This document shows, one piece after another, positions 16,788 through 24,895 of a stretch of 46,603 bases of DNA; position 1 is the stretch's first letter; each line of letters starts with the position of its first letter. The stretch spans positions 1-46,603 of the forward strand of contig DAOUMR010000081.1 of the NCBI GenBank assembly GCA_034409905.1. Reading direction: 5' to 3'. A model generated the notes under the pieces. That model was not told the origin of the DNA, searched no databases, and saw only the letters and a list, made by a program, of their open reading frames with translations. The stretch is from Dehalococcoidales bacterium. Its GTDB lineage: Bacteria; Chloroflexota; Dehalococcoidia; Dehalococcoidales; BS750m-G39. Both the position numbers and the translations under genes were made by a program.

Positions 16788-16812
16788 AAAGAGGGGGTGA
16801 AGCCCCCTCTTT
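16788..16812 (+). terminator. Hairpin, probable intrinsic terminator; also a member of a repeated hairpin module
   Basis: AAAGAGGGGG-TGAAG-CCCCCTCTTT followed by CTTATT. Related hairpins at 13444 and 41464. Confidence 0.45.
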
Positions 16813-16822
16813 CTTATTCAGT

Positions 16823-16858
16823 CCACCCTAGAATCTTAGTTGGTGGAATGGTAGAATG
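16823..16858 (+). repeat. Right copy of the direct repeat; probable gltX promoter
   Basis: CCACCCTAGAATCTTAGTTGGTGGAATGGTAGAATG. TGGTAGAAT ends 8 nt before the gltX ATG and there is no SD, which implies a leaderless gltX mRNA. Confidence 0.6.
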
Positions 16859-16865
16859 TTAAACA

Positions 16866-18326
16866 ATGAAAAAACCAGTCCGGGTCCGCTTTGCCCCCAG
16901 CCCCACCGGTTATCCCCACGTGGGCAATATCCGCACGGCTTTGTTTAACTGGCTCTTCGCCCGCCACTACGGCGGCAAGTTCATCGTCCGCATCGAGGAT
17001 ACCGACATCGCCCGCCGGGTGGAGGGGGCGGAGAAGGGGATACTGGACTCGCTGCGCTGGCTGGAGTTGTATTGGGACGAAGGCCCCGACGTCGGCGGCG
17101 ACTACGGGCCCTACTATCAGTCGCAACGGCTGAAACTATATCAGGCTGCCGCCGAGAAACTGGTGGCGCAGGGCGACGCCTACTATTGCTATTGCTCCCC
17201 GGAGCGTTTGGAGGCGATGCGCGCCGAGCAGGTCAAACGAAAACAGCCGCCTGGCTACGACCGCCACTGCCGCGAGCTGACACCCGAAGAGAGGGCTGAA
17301 AAAGAGGCGGAGGGCATCGTGCCCGTGGTGCGCTTTAAGGTGCCGTTGGAAGGGCAGACCCGATTCAAGGACTTAATCTACGGCGACGTCGTCTTCGAGA
17401 ACAATACCCTCGACGATTTCGTGCTGCTCAAATCCGATGGCTACCCCACCTACCACCTGGCTAACGTCGTCGACGACAGCGCTATGAAGATAAGCCACGT
17501 CATCCGCGCCGAGGAGTGGGTGTCGAGCACCCCCCGCCACCTCCTGCTCTATAAGGCGCTTAAGCTCGAACCCCCCGAGTTCATCCACCACCCCATGATA
17601 CTGGGGCCCGACCGGGCCAAGCTGAGCAAGCGGCACGGCTCCGTTTCCATACTGGAATACCGCGACCAGGGCTACCTGGCCCAGACCATGTTCAACTTCC
17701 TGGCCCTCATCGGCTGGTCGCTGGACGATAAGACCGAGATAATCCCCCGCCAGGAGTTGGTCGATAACTTCTCGCTGGAGAGAATCGGCAAGACCGGGGC
17801 AATCTTTAACCGCGAAAAGCTGGACTGGATGAACGGCGTCTATATCCGCAGCCTAACGCCCGACGAGTTCTTCGAGGCGGTGCAGCCTTACCTGATGACG
17901 GATGTCATCACTGGCGAGGCGCTAATCGGCAACGAGGACTATGTCCGAAAGGTCTTGCCTTTGGTGCAGGAGCGCGCCAAGACGCTGCTCGAGGTGGTCG
18001 AGCTGACCCGGTTCTTCTTCGTCGAAGAGCTTGAATACGACGCCAGAATGCTTATCGGCAAGAAGATGGACAAAGATTCCACCGTCAAGGCATTAAAGGC
18101 GGCGCAGGACAAACTCGAACCGCTTAAAGCCTTCGACGCCGGCTCCCTGGAGGCGGTGCTCCGCCCGCTGGCGCCGGAACTGGGCCTAAAGACGGGGCAG
18201 CTCTTCGGCGTGCTCCGGGTGGCCGTTACCGGCCAGACCGCCGCCCCGCCCCTCTTCGAGACCATGGCGGTCTTGGGCCGTGAGCGCTCGCTAAAGCGTA
18301 TCGCCGCCGCACTATCAAGGCTATGA
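16866..18326 (+). CDS. gltX: Glutamate--tRNA ligase
   Basis: HIGH-type motif PTGYPHVGNIRTA, KMSKS-type KLSKRHG. 486 aa. Confidence 0.95.
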   Translation: MKKPVRVRFAPSPTGYPHVGNIRTALFNWLFARHYGGKFIVRIEDTDIARRVEGAEKGILDSLRWLELYWDEGPDVGGDYGPYYQSQRLKLYQAAAEKLVAQGDAYYCYCSPERLEAMRAEQVKRKQPPGYDRHCRELTPEERAEKEAEGIVPVVRFKVPLEGQTRFKDLIYGDVVFENNTLDDFVLLKSDGYPTYHLANVVDDSAMKISHVIRAEEWVSSTPRHLLLYKALKLEPPEFIHHPMILGPDRAKLSKRHGSVSILEYRDQGYLAQTMFNFLALIGWSLDDKTEIIPRQELVDNFSLERIGKTGAIFNREKLDWMNGVYIRSLTPDEFFEAVQPYLMTDVITGEALIGNEDYVRKVLPLVQERAKTLLEVVELTRFFFVEELEYDARMLIGKKMDKDSTVKALKAAQDKLEPLKAFDAGSLEAVLRPLAPELGLKTGQLFGVLRVAVTGQTAAPPLFETMAVLGRERSLKRIAAALSRL

Positions 18327-19333
18327 ACAGAGGTGCCCTATCCGGCTACCGCGTCCTCGACCTCACCGATGAAAAAGCCTTACTCTGCGGACGCTTTCTG
18401 GCCGATATGGGGGCGGAGGTCATCCGCATCGAGGAACCGGGAACGCCCCCGACTTTTAGCTGGGAAAACCTGGGCAAGCGTTCGCTGACCCTAGATGTGC
18501 AACTGAAAGCGGGGCAGGAGCTATTCAAGCGTCTGGTCAAAAAAGCCGACGTCCTTATTGAAAGCCATCCCCCCGGTCATTTAGAGGCTCTAGGTCTGGG
18601 CTATAGTCAGCTGGCTCGAGTCAACCCCCGCCTGATTATGGCTTCGGTTACTCCTTTCGGTCAGGGCGGGCCCTACCGCGACTACAAGTCATGCGATTTG
18701 GTCGCCAGCGCCCTGGGCGGGCAGCTCTACGTCACTGGCGAGCCCGGAAAGCCGCCGCTAAAGCCCTTCGGCAACCAGAGCTACTACCTGGGCTCCCTTT
18801 TCGCCGCCATCGGCGTCCTGCTGGCGCTCTGGAACCGCCATAGCTCGGGCAAAGGGCAGCATATCGATATCTCCTTGCAGGAGTGCGTCGTCGCTACCCT
18901 TGACCACGTCCTGGTGCGCTATTTCTATGAGGATGAGGTGGCTAAACGTCAGGGCAGCCTGCACTGGAACAACGCCTTCCGCGTCTTTCCCGCCAAAGAC
19001 GGCTACGTCCTGCTCTCGCTGTTCTACCAGTGGGAGACGCTGGTGGAGTGGCTTGCGTCTGAAGATATGGCGGAAAACTTAATTGATGAAAAATGGCAGG
19101 GCAGGGACTATCGCCTTGAGCACATTGACCGTGTCATTGAGGTTCTGGAGCGCTGGACGAAAAGACATTCTAAAGCCGAGCTGGTGGAGAAAGCCCAACT
19201 GATGCGCTTCCCCTGGGCGGAGGTCGCCTCGCCGTCAGACCTTCTGGCCAGCCCCCAGCTAAAAGCGCGCAAATTCTGGCTCGATGTAGAGTACTTAGGC
19301 CAGAGGTACAAACTCCCGGGGAGCGGAGTATGA
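18323..19333 (+). CDS. CoA-transferase family III (CaiB/BaiF-like) protein
   Basis: GYRVLDLTDEKALLCGRFLADMGAEVIRIE N-terminus. ATGA overlap with gltX. Confidence 0.8.
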   Translation: MNRGALSGYRVLDLTDEKALLCGRFLADMGAEVIRIEEPGTPPTFSWENLGKRSLTLDVQLKAGQELFKRLVKKADVLIESHPPGHLEALGLGYSQLARVNPRLIMASVTPFGQGGPYRDYKSCDLVASALGGQLYVTGEPGKPPLKPFGNQSYYLGSLFAAIGVLLALWNRHSSGKGQHIDISLQECVVATLDHVLVRYFYEDEVAKRQGSLHWNNAFRVFPAKDGYVLLSLFYQWETLVEWLASEDMAENLIDEKWQGRDYRLEHIDRVIEVLERWTKRHSKAELVEKAQLMRFPWAEVASPSDLLASPQLKARKFWLDVEYLGQRYKLPGSGV

Positions 19334-20337
19334 AAGATATTGAGCCGGGCTATATTGCCCTCTATCGTTCCGGGGAGCTGGAGAGGCGTGCGGCAAGGCT
19401 CGAAGCGCGGTTGGGAGCCTGCGATATCTGCCCGCGGGAATGCGGCGTCCGCCGCCTGGAGGGGGAGTTGGGGTTTTGCCATTCAGGCCGCAAGCCCATT
19501 ATCGCCTCGGTCTGCGCCCATCACGGCGAAGAGCCGGCGCTTTCGGGGAGCCGCGGCTCGGGGACGGTATTCTTCGGCAATTGCAATATGCGCTGCGTCT
19601 ACTGCCAGAACTACCAGATAAGCCAGGACAATACCACTCAGAAGAAAAACGAGGTAACGATTGCTGTCTTGGCGGAACGCATGCTCTACCTGCAAAACGA
19701 ACTGCACTGTCACAATATCAACCTCGTCTCCCCCTCCCACTTCGTCCCCCAGATAGTCCGGGCCGTTCTGGAGGCGGTGTCTAAAGGGCTGCGGCTGCCG
19801 CTGGTCTACAATACCAGCAGCTATGACTCGCTGGCTACCCTGCGGGAGCTTGACGGCGTGGTCAGCATCTACCTGGCCGACCTGAGGTATGCCTCCAATA
19901 AATGGGGTCGGAGATTCTCTAAGTCTCCCGATTATGTGGAGCGCTCTCGGGCCGCCATTAAGGAGATGTACCGGCAGGTGGGGGAGTTAGTAACCGATGA
20001 AGCCGGCGTCGCCCGCAAGGGGTTGATAGTGCGCCACCTGGTACTGCCCAACGGCATCGCTGGCAGCGAGGAGTCGTTAAGGTGGCTGGTCGAAAAGGTA
20101 TCGCCGAAGGTGACGGTGAGCGTCATGTCCCAGTACTTCCCCGCCCACCGCGCCCCGCGGATTCCCCTGCTTTCCCGGACAATCTCCGCCGAGGAGTATG
20201 ATGAAGTCAGTCGGCTGGTGGCCGAGCTTGGGATAGAAAACGGCTGGCTGCAGGGGATGGACTCCTCACAAAACTACCGGCCCGACTTTGCCCGCGAGGT
20301 GGGGCCTTTCCCGTCAAGGGAGGATAGCAGGCAATGA
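19330..20337 (+). CDS. Radical SAM protein, PflX-like (COG1313)
   Basis: CNMRCVYCQN is a CX3CX2C cluster motif. There is an extra N-terminal Cys cluster, CDICPRECGV...C. ATGA overlap with the upstream gene. Confidence 0.8.
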   Translation: MKDIEPGYIALYRSGELERRAARLEARLGACDICPRECGVRRLEGELGFCHSGRKPIIASVCAHHGEEPALSGSRGSGTVFFGNCNMRCVYCQNYQISQDNTTQKKNEVTIAVLAERMLYLQNELHCHNINLVSPSHFVPQIVRAVLEAVSKGLRLPLVYNTSSYDSLATLRELDGVVSIYLADLRYASNKWGRRFSKSPDYVERSRAAIKEMYRQVGELVTDEAGVARKGLIVRHLVLPNGIAGSEESLRWLVEKVSPKVTVSVMSQYFPAHRAPRIPLLSRTISAEEYDEVSRLVAELGIENGWLQGMDSSQNYRPDFAREVGPFPSREDSRQ

Positions 20338-20344
20338 GTTTCCC

Positions 20345-20494
20345 TTACCTTTTCCTCTTGCGCTTGGTAAAGGCAAAGCGAATCTTTTTGCCCGATGGCT
20401 TGTCTTTCTTATTTACGTTTTCAATGAAGGTCTTGAGGTCGGGGAGGGGTTTTTCGGCCACTTTAGGTTCCTTTTTGTTTAGTTTGGCAGACAT
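20345..20494 (-). CDS. 49-aa highly basic small protein, candidate leaderless mRNA
   Basis: MSAKLNKKEPKVAEKPLPDLKTFIENVNKKDKPSGKKIRFAFTKRKRKR. Too short for the ORF track. Extended -10 TGCTATAAT (20502-20510, minus) ends 7 nt before the ATG, and there is no SD. Confidence 0.4.
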   Translation of the reverse strand: MSAKLNKKEPKVAEKPLPDLKTFIENVNKKDKPSGKKIRFAFTKRKRKR

Positions 20495-20501
20495 GGAGTT
20501 G

Positions 20502-20510
20502 ATTATAGCA
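20502..20510 (-). promoter_or_regulatory. Extended -10 box TGCTATAAT
   Basis: Perfect TGn-TATAAT on the minus strand. A weak -35 (TTGGCT) sits at 18-nt spacing. Confidence 0.4.
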
Positions 20511-20544
20511 CAGGTTCAGGGGTAAAGCCAAACTGAATACCTTG

Positions 20545-20573
20545 AGGGGCGGTGGGCGGGAATAGATAAAGAG
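20545..20573 (+). repeat. G-rich repeat module GGCGGTGGGCGGGAATAGATAAAGAG
   Basis: Related copies at 13478-13505 (+) and 22528-22560 (-). Confidence 0.6.
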
Positions 20574-20584
20574 GGAGGTGGATT

Positions 20585-21256
20585 ATGGGGGAAGAAAAGA
20601 AAAAGCCAAGCGAGCTATATCCGCGGGTTGCCGAATGTGAAGAAAGATTAAATGACCTAGTTACAGAGACGACAAATGTTAGTAAAGAGATGCTTTCTGT
20701 TAGCGAGCATCTCTATACATCCGATATTTTTTTCATAGGGGTTATGAATAGGTCTATTAACCTTATAGATGCAATTCTAGTTCTTACTGATCGGTGGAAT
20801 TTCGTAGCAGCAGGCCCACTCATTCGCCTTCACTTGGATACTTTACTATGCTTATCGTATTTACGAACTATTAGAAATCACGACGCATTTTTGATCCAAA
20901 TTCTCCAAGGTAAACGGATGAATAAAATCAAGGATGAGGAAGGGGAATGGCTCACTGATGCTAGGCTTCGTGGTTACGCAAAATCAGTATTTCCCCAAGT
21001 TGACAATGTCTACCAAGAGACTTCCAAATTGATTCATTTCTCAGATAAACACGTGTTTACTTGTATTGAGGCGCTTGATGACAAAGGTAGAACCGCAGGA
21101 TTCTCTATCGGTAAAGGTTCATCAAGATGGAGTGAGAAAGACATTCTTACTCTTTTGGAGTGTGCTATAGCGATTACTGATGCGATTCTTGCTGTTAGCA
21201 GAGGGTGGGTTCTAGAAAAGGCACAAATGAGCAACCCGAAGGATGAACTAAAATGA
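20585..21256 (+). CDS. All-helical orphan protein, possibly DUF5677-like
   Basis: 223-aa ORF, AT-rich, good SD (GAGGGAGGTG). NLIDAILVLTDRWNFVAAGPLIRLHLDTLLCLSYL resembles the DUF5677 pattern. It contains an RTIRNH (Rx4H) string. ATGA overlap with the GC-rich downstream gene. Confidence 0.6.
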   Translation: MGEEKKKPSELYPRVAECEERLNDLVTETTNVSKEMLSVSEHLYTSDIFFIGVMNRSINLIDAILVLTDRWNFVAAGPLIRLHLDTLLCLSYLRTIRNHDAFLIQILQGKRMNKIKDEEGEWLTDARLRGYAKSVFPQVDNVYQETSKLIHFSDKHVFTCIEALDDKGRTAGFSIGKGSSRWSEKDILTLLECAIAITDAILAVSRGWVLEKAQMSNPKDELK

Positions 21257-22383
21257 CCACCCCAATCCTAAAAGGTATAATCATCCTCGACTTCACCTGG
21301 GTGCTGGCGGGCCCCTACGCCACCCGCATCCTGGCCGACTTCGGCGCCGAGGTGCTCAAGGTCCAGCCCCTCCTCCCCCGGGAAGAGGACGTCTTCGCCC
21401 GCGGCTACTCTAACACCTGGAACCGTAACAAGCGGGGCATCACATTGAATATGGCTAAGCCCGAAGGCGTCGCCCTGGCCAAAAACCTGGTGTCTTTAAG
21501 CGACGTCGTCGTCGAGAACTTTACCCCCCGCGTTATGGCCAACTGGGGGCTTGACTACGAAAACCTCAAAAAGATAAAGCCCGACGTAATAATGCTCAGC
21601 CTTTCTACGATGGGCGGCACCGGTCCTCAGAAAGACTATACTGGCTTTGGCCCCACCGTCCAGGCTTTCTCGGGCTTGACCCACCTCACCGCCTATCCTG
21701 ACGGCCCACCGCTGGGTCCGGGCACGGCTTATGCCGACCATGTTGCCGCCCTGTTCGCCTGTCTGGCCCTGCTCGGTGCTCTGGAACAGCGCCGCCGCAC
21801 GGGCGAGGGTCGGCATATCGATGTCTCCCAGGTCGAGGCGATGGCGAGCCTGCTCGGCGACGCCTTTGTTCCTCCAAAGGAGTCGGCTTTCCAGGGCGTC
21901 TATCGCTGTAAAGGAGAAGACCGCTGGTGCGCTATTTCTGTCGCCACCGACGAAGAGTGGCAGGGACTTAAAAAAGCTCTGGGAAATCCGCCCTGGGCTG
22001 AAGAAAAGAGGTTCGCCACTTTAGCCGCTCGCCTTGAGAACAAAGAGGCACTGGATGCTTTGATAGGGGAGTGGACGCGAAAACGCACCGCCGAGGAGGT
22101 AATGGCTTTGCTTCAAAAGCAGGGGGTAGCCGCTGGAGTTGTCCAGGATGCCCGCGATTTAGCCCAAGACCCCCAGCTCAAAGAGCGCGGCTTTTTCATC
22201 GAGCTTGACCACCCTGAGATGGGCAAGACCATATCCGACGCCAGCCCAATAAGGCTCTCCGATAGCCCGCCCCGCTACCACCCCGCCCCGCTTTTAGGCC
22301 AGGACAGCGGCTATGTCTATGGGGGGCTTTTGGGGCTGAGCCAGGGTGAGATGGATAGGCTCAAGGAGAGGGGAGTAATATAG
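21253..22383 (+). CDS. CoA-transferase family III (CaiB/BaiF-like) protein
   Basis: GIIILDFTWVLAGPYATRILADFGAEV N-terminus and conserved YADHVAA region. 376 aa. Confidence 0.85.
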   Translation: MTTPILKGIIILDFTWVLAGPYATRILADFGAEVLKVQPLLPREEDVFARGYSNTWNRNKRGITLNMAKPEGVALAKNLVSLSDVVVENFTPRVMANWGLDYENLKKIKPDVIMLSLSTMGGTGPQKDYTGFGPTVQAFSGLTHLTAYPDGPPLGPGTAYADHVAALFACLALLGALEQRRRTGEGRHIDVSQVEAMASLLGDAFVPPKESAFQGVYRCKGEDRWCAISVATDEEWQGLKKALGNPPWAEEKRFATLAARLENKEALDALIGEWTRKRTAEEVMALLQKQGVAAGVVQDARDLAQDPQLKERGFFIELDHPEMGKTISDASPIRLSDSPPRYHPAPLLGQDSGYVYGGLLGLSQGEMDRLKERGVI

Positions 22384-22396
22384 GTTTTCCTATCTA

Positions 22397-22431
22397 CCGT
22401 CATTGTCATTCCCGCGAAGGCGGGAATCCAG
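22397..22431 (+). repeat. Hairpin repeat module GTCATTCCCGCGAAGGCGGGAATCCAG
   Basis: Stem TTCCCGC/GCGGGAA. Copies at 36066-36093 and, diverged, at 41521-41547. Confidence 0.8.
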
Positions 22432-22440
22432 CCTCTCTGC

Positions 22441-22746
22441 TCCACCCCACCTTTATTAGCGTACGTAATTTTGTCCCACCCTGCCCACCCTTAGAGGCGC
22501 TGCCTCTAGAATTCCTTGGGTTACGTGCCTCCCCGCCCCGATTTTATCTATTCCCACCCATCAGAAACTCTAAGCACGAAATCCTAAATACTAAACAACG
22601 CAATTCGTATCTGTTTAGAGTTTAGATATTAGGATTTAGAGATTTCCCCCGTTGGGGGTGGGGAGAGAGACTTAAAGGGGTTACACCCCATTTAGGGTGG
22701 GTATTGGGTGGGAAAGAAAGACGCACGCTAACAAGGTGGGGTGGGA
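22441..22746. mobile_element. MITE-like element: inverted repeat arms around a G-rich module and an AT-rich imperfect palindrome
   Basis: Left arm CCACCCCACCTTTATTAGCGTACGTAATTTTGTCCCACCCTGCCCACCCTTAGAGG. The right arm is its reverse complement (TTTAGGGTGGGTATTGGGTGGGAAAGAAAGACGCACGCTAACAAGGTGGGGTGGG). Confidence 0.6.
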
Positions 22747-22795
22747 CTTAAAACCCATGCCCTAAACCCTCCTGAAGAACAGACATAAAACGCTA

Positions 22796-22824
22796 TTGAC
22801 TATCGCCATTTGCCATAGTAAATT
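22796..22824 (+). promoter_or_regulatory. Sigma-70-like promoter for the DUF4389 gene
   Basis: TTGACT-N17-TAAATT. SD AAGGAGGG precedes the ATG at 22859. Confidence 0.45.
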
Positions 22825-22858
22825 TTCTATAAGGCTCGAAAAATAAGGAGGGTTTTGT

Positions 22859-23476
22859 ATGGCAAAGCCAAAGGTTTATCCGGTTTCGGTCAAGGGCGAA
22901 CTCAGCGTGCCGCCGGCCCGCGGCTGGTGGCTGCTCAAGTGGCTGCTGGCGATTCCCCACTACGTTGTGCTGATGTTTCTCTGGATTGCCTTCGTCGTCG
23001 TTTGCATCATCGCCTTCTTTGCCATTCTGTTTACCGGGAAATACCCGCGCGGGCTCTTCGACTTCAATGCCGGCGTCCTGCGCTGGAGCTGGCGGGTGGG
23101 CTTCTACTCCTATAGTGCGCTGGGCACGGATAAATACCCGCCCTTCTCTCTGGAATCCACTGACTACCCCGCCGACCTGGAAATAAAATACCCCGCCAAG
23201 CTCTCCCGCGGGCTGGTGCTGATAAAGTGGTGGCTGCTGGCCATCCCCCACTACATCATCGTCGGCATCTTCCAGGGGGGTGCGGGACGCAACGGCGGTG
23301 GCGGGCTTATCTTTGCTCTGGCTATCATTGCCGCCATAGCCCTGCTCTTCACCGGCAAATACCACAAGGAAATCTTCAAGCTGGTGGTGGGCATGAACCG
23401 CTGGGTCTATCGGGTGGCCGCCTACGCCTCGCTGATGACGGACGAATACCCGCCCTTCCGTCTCTGGGACGACTAG
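22859..23476 (+). CDS. DUF4389 membrane protein (tandem duplication of the domain)
   Basis: LLAIPHY..FTGKYP motif occurs twice: LLAIPHYVVL...LFTGKYPRGLF and LLAIPHYIIV...LFTGKYHKEIF. Confidence 0.8.
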   Translation: MAKPKVYPVSVKGELSVPPARGWWLLKWLLAIPHYVVLMFLWIAFVVVCIIAFFAILFTGKYPRGLFDFNAGVLRWSWRVGFYSYSALGTDKYPPFSLESTDYPADLEIKYPAKLSRGLVLIKWWLLAIPHYIIVGIFQGGAGRNGGGGLIFALAIIAAIALLFTGKYHKEIFKLVVGMNRWVYRVAAYASLMTDEYPPFRLWDD

Positions 23477-24276
23477 GCTTTCTGGCATTTAGGGCAGAAA
23501 TAGCTGCCCCGGTTGCGCACCACGATACGCTCTAAGGGCGTGCCGCAGACGGGGCAGGTTTCTCCCCGCCGATGGGCTACCCGGAACTGCCAGTGGGCGC
23601 TGCCTTTCTCGCCGCTGGGGCGAAAATAGGTGTCGGTGCTGGCCCCTTTTTCTTGGATGCCGGCGGCCAGCACTTCTCTTATAGCCTTATAGAGCCGTTT
23701 AACCTCTTCTTTCGTCAGGCTTCCCCCCGCCCTCAGGGGGTGGATTTTAGCCAGGAAAAGCGCTTCGTCGGCGTACATGTTGCCGATGCCAGCGACAAGG
23801 CTCTGGTCGCAGAGCAGCGCCTTTATCGGCGCCGTGCGGTTCTTTAGCTTTTCCGCCAGCACTTTGGACGTAAACTCTTCACCCAGTGCCTCGGGCCCCA
23901 GCTTACCGCCGACGCTCTTTTCGTCATCAACCAGCCACATGATGCCGAACTTGCGCGGGTCGCGGAAATAGATGTTGGTGCCGTCGTCGAGGTGGATTAT
24001 CGCCCGGACGAACTTTTCGGGGTCTTTGAGCCAGAGCGAGCCCGTCATCTTGAGGTGAATGACCAGCGCCTGCCCGCCGGAAAGGCTGAAGATAAGATAC
24101 TTTCCCCGCCGCCCCAGTCCGGTTATCCTTTGCCCGACGAGATGCTTGCGGAACTCCTCAAGCGAAGGCTGGCGCACGATGCCCTCCCAGGGCAGGCTCA
24201 AGCCGATGACGGTGCGCCCGATAACATAGGGGGAAAGCTCGTTCTTTATCGTCTCGACCTCGGGCAGCTCAGGCAT
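23473..24276 (-). CDS. mutM: Formamidopyrimidine-DNA glycosylase
   Basis: MPELPEVETI N-terminus, C-terminal zinc finger CPVCG...CPKCQ. Confidence 0.95.
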   Translation of the reverse strand: MPELPEVETIKNELSPYVIGRTVIGLSLPWEGIVRQPSLEEFRKHLVGQRITGLGRRGKYLIFSLSGGQALVIHLKMTGSLWLKDPEKFVRAIIHLDDGTNIYFRDPRKFGIMWLVDDEKSVGGKLGPEALGEEFTSKVLAEKLKNRTAPIKALLCDQSLVAGIGNMYADEALFLAKIHPLRAGGSLTKEEVKRLYKAIREVLAAGIQEKGASTDTYFRPSGEKGSAHWQFRVAHRRGETCPVCGTPLERIVVRNRGSYFCPKCQKA

Positions 24277-24889
24277 TCTTACCTCTTTTAGCCTCGAATT
24301 TATTGTATATGACTATGGCCGGGTAGAGCACCAGTCCCCCCAGCGCTATTCCCCCCGCCACGTCGCTGAGCCAGTGCGTCCCCAGATAAAGGCGCGAGAA
24401 CCCGGTGAAAAGGATAATCACGATGAGCAACGCCCGCAGAAACCATATGGCTGTCGTTGACTTCACCAGCCTCGGCGCCAGGTAAAAGAGAAAGCCGCAG
24501 ACGGCGGTGGCGCAGGCCATATGCATGCTGGGGAAGTTGGAGCTGAACCCCCCCGCCATTACCTGTACCAGCTCGCCATCGGGGCGGGGGCGGTTGACCA
24601 GAAGCTTTATCAGCCAGCTGATAAGCGCAGCGGCAAATGCGGTCAGGGCGATAAAGATAGCCCCTCGCCACCGCGACGGCAGCCACAATTTAAGCGCCAC
24701 CGCTACGCCCAGGATAAGGGCGTAGGGGGCAAACTGCATTATCGGCTTAATCCCGGCAAAATCAATATCCTGAATCCAGAGGTTGATATTAGGCTCACCG
24801 GGGAAATAGTCGAAGCGGTGGGCGAAATAGCAAAAAATCCCGAAAAGGGCGATAAGAAGGGCGTAAAGCGCGGTAGCTCGCCGGCTCAT
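24269..24889 (-). CDS. PAP2-family membrane phosphatase
   Basis: KLLVNRPRP, PSMH and SRLYLGTHWLSD motifs. Confidence 0.85.
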   Translation of the reverse strand: MSRRATALYALLIALFGIFCYFAHRFDYFPGEPNINLWIQDIDFAGIKPIMQFAPYALILGVAVALKLWLPSRWRGAIFIALTAFAAALISWLIKLLVNRPRPDGELVQVMAGGFSSNFPSMHMACATAVCGFLFYLAPRLVKSTTAIWFLRALLIVIILFTGFSRLYLGTHWLSDVAGGIALGGLVLYPAIVIYNKFEAKRGKNA

Positions 24890-24895
24890 CGGCCC

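Noticed and set aside
20288-20525. Plus-strand ORFs of 63-64 aa downstream of the radical SAM gene
   Set aside because: The translations are hydrophobic and low-complexity, with no SD. The minus-strand 49-aa ORF has a matching promoter and is the more plausible reading, although it is itself uncertain.
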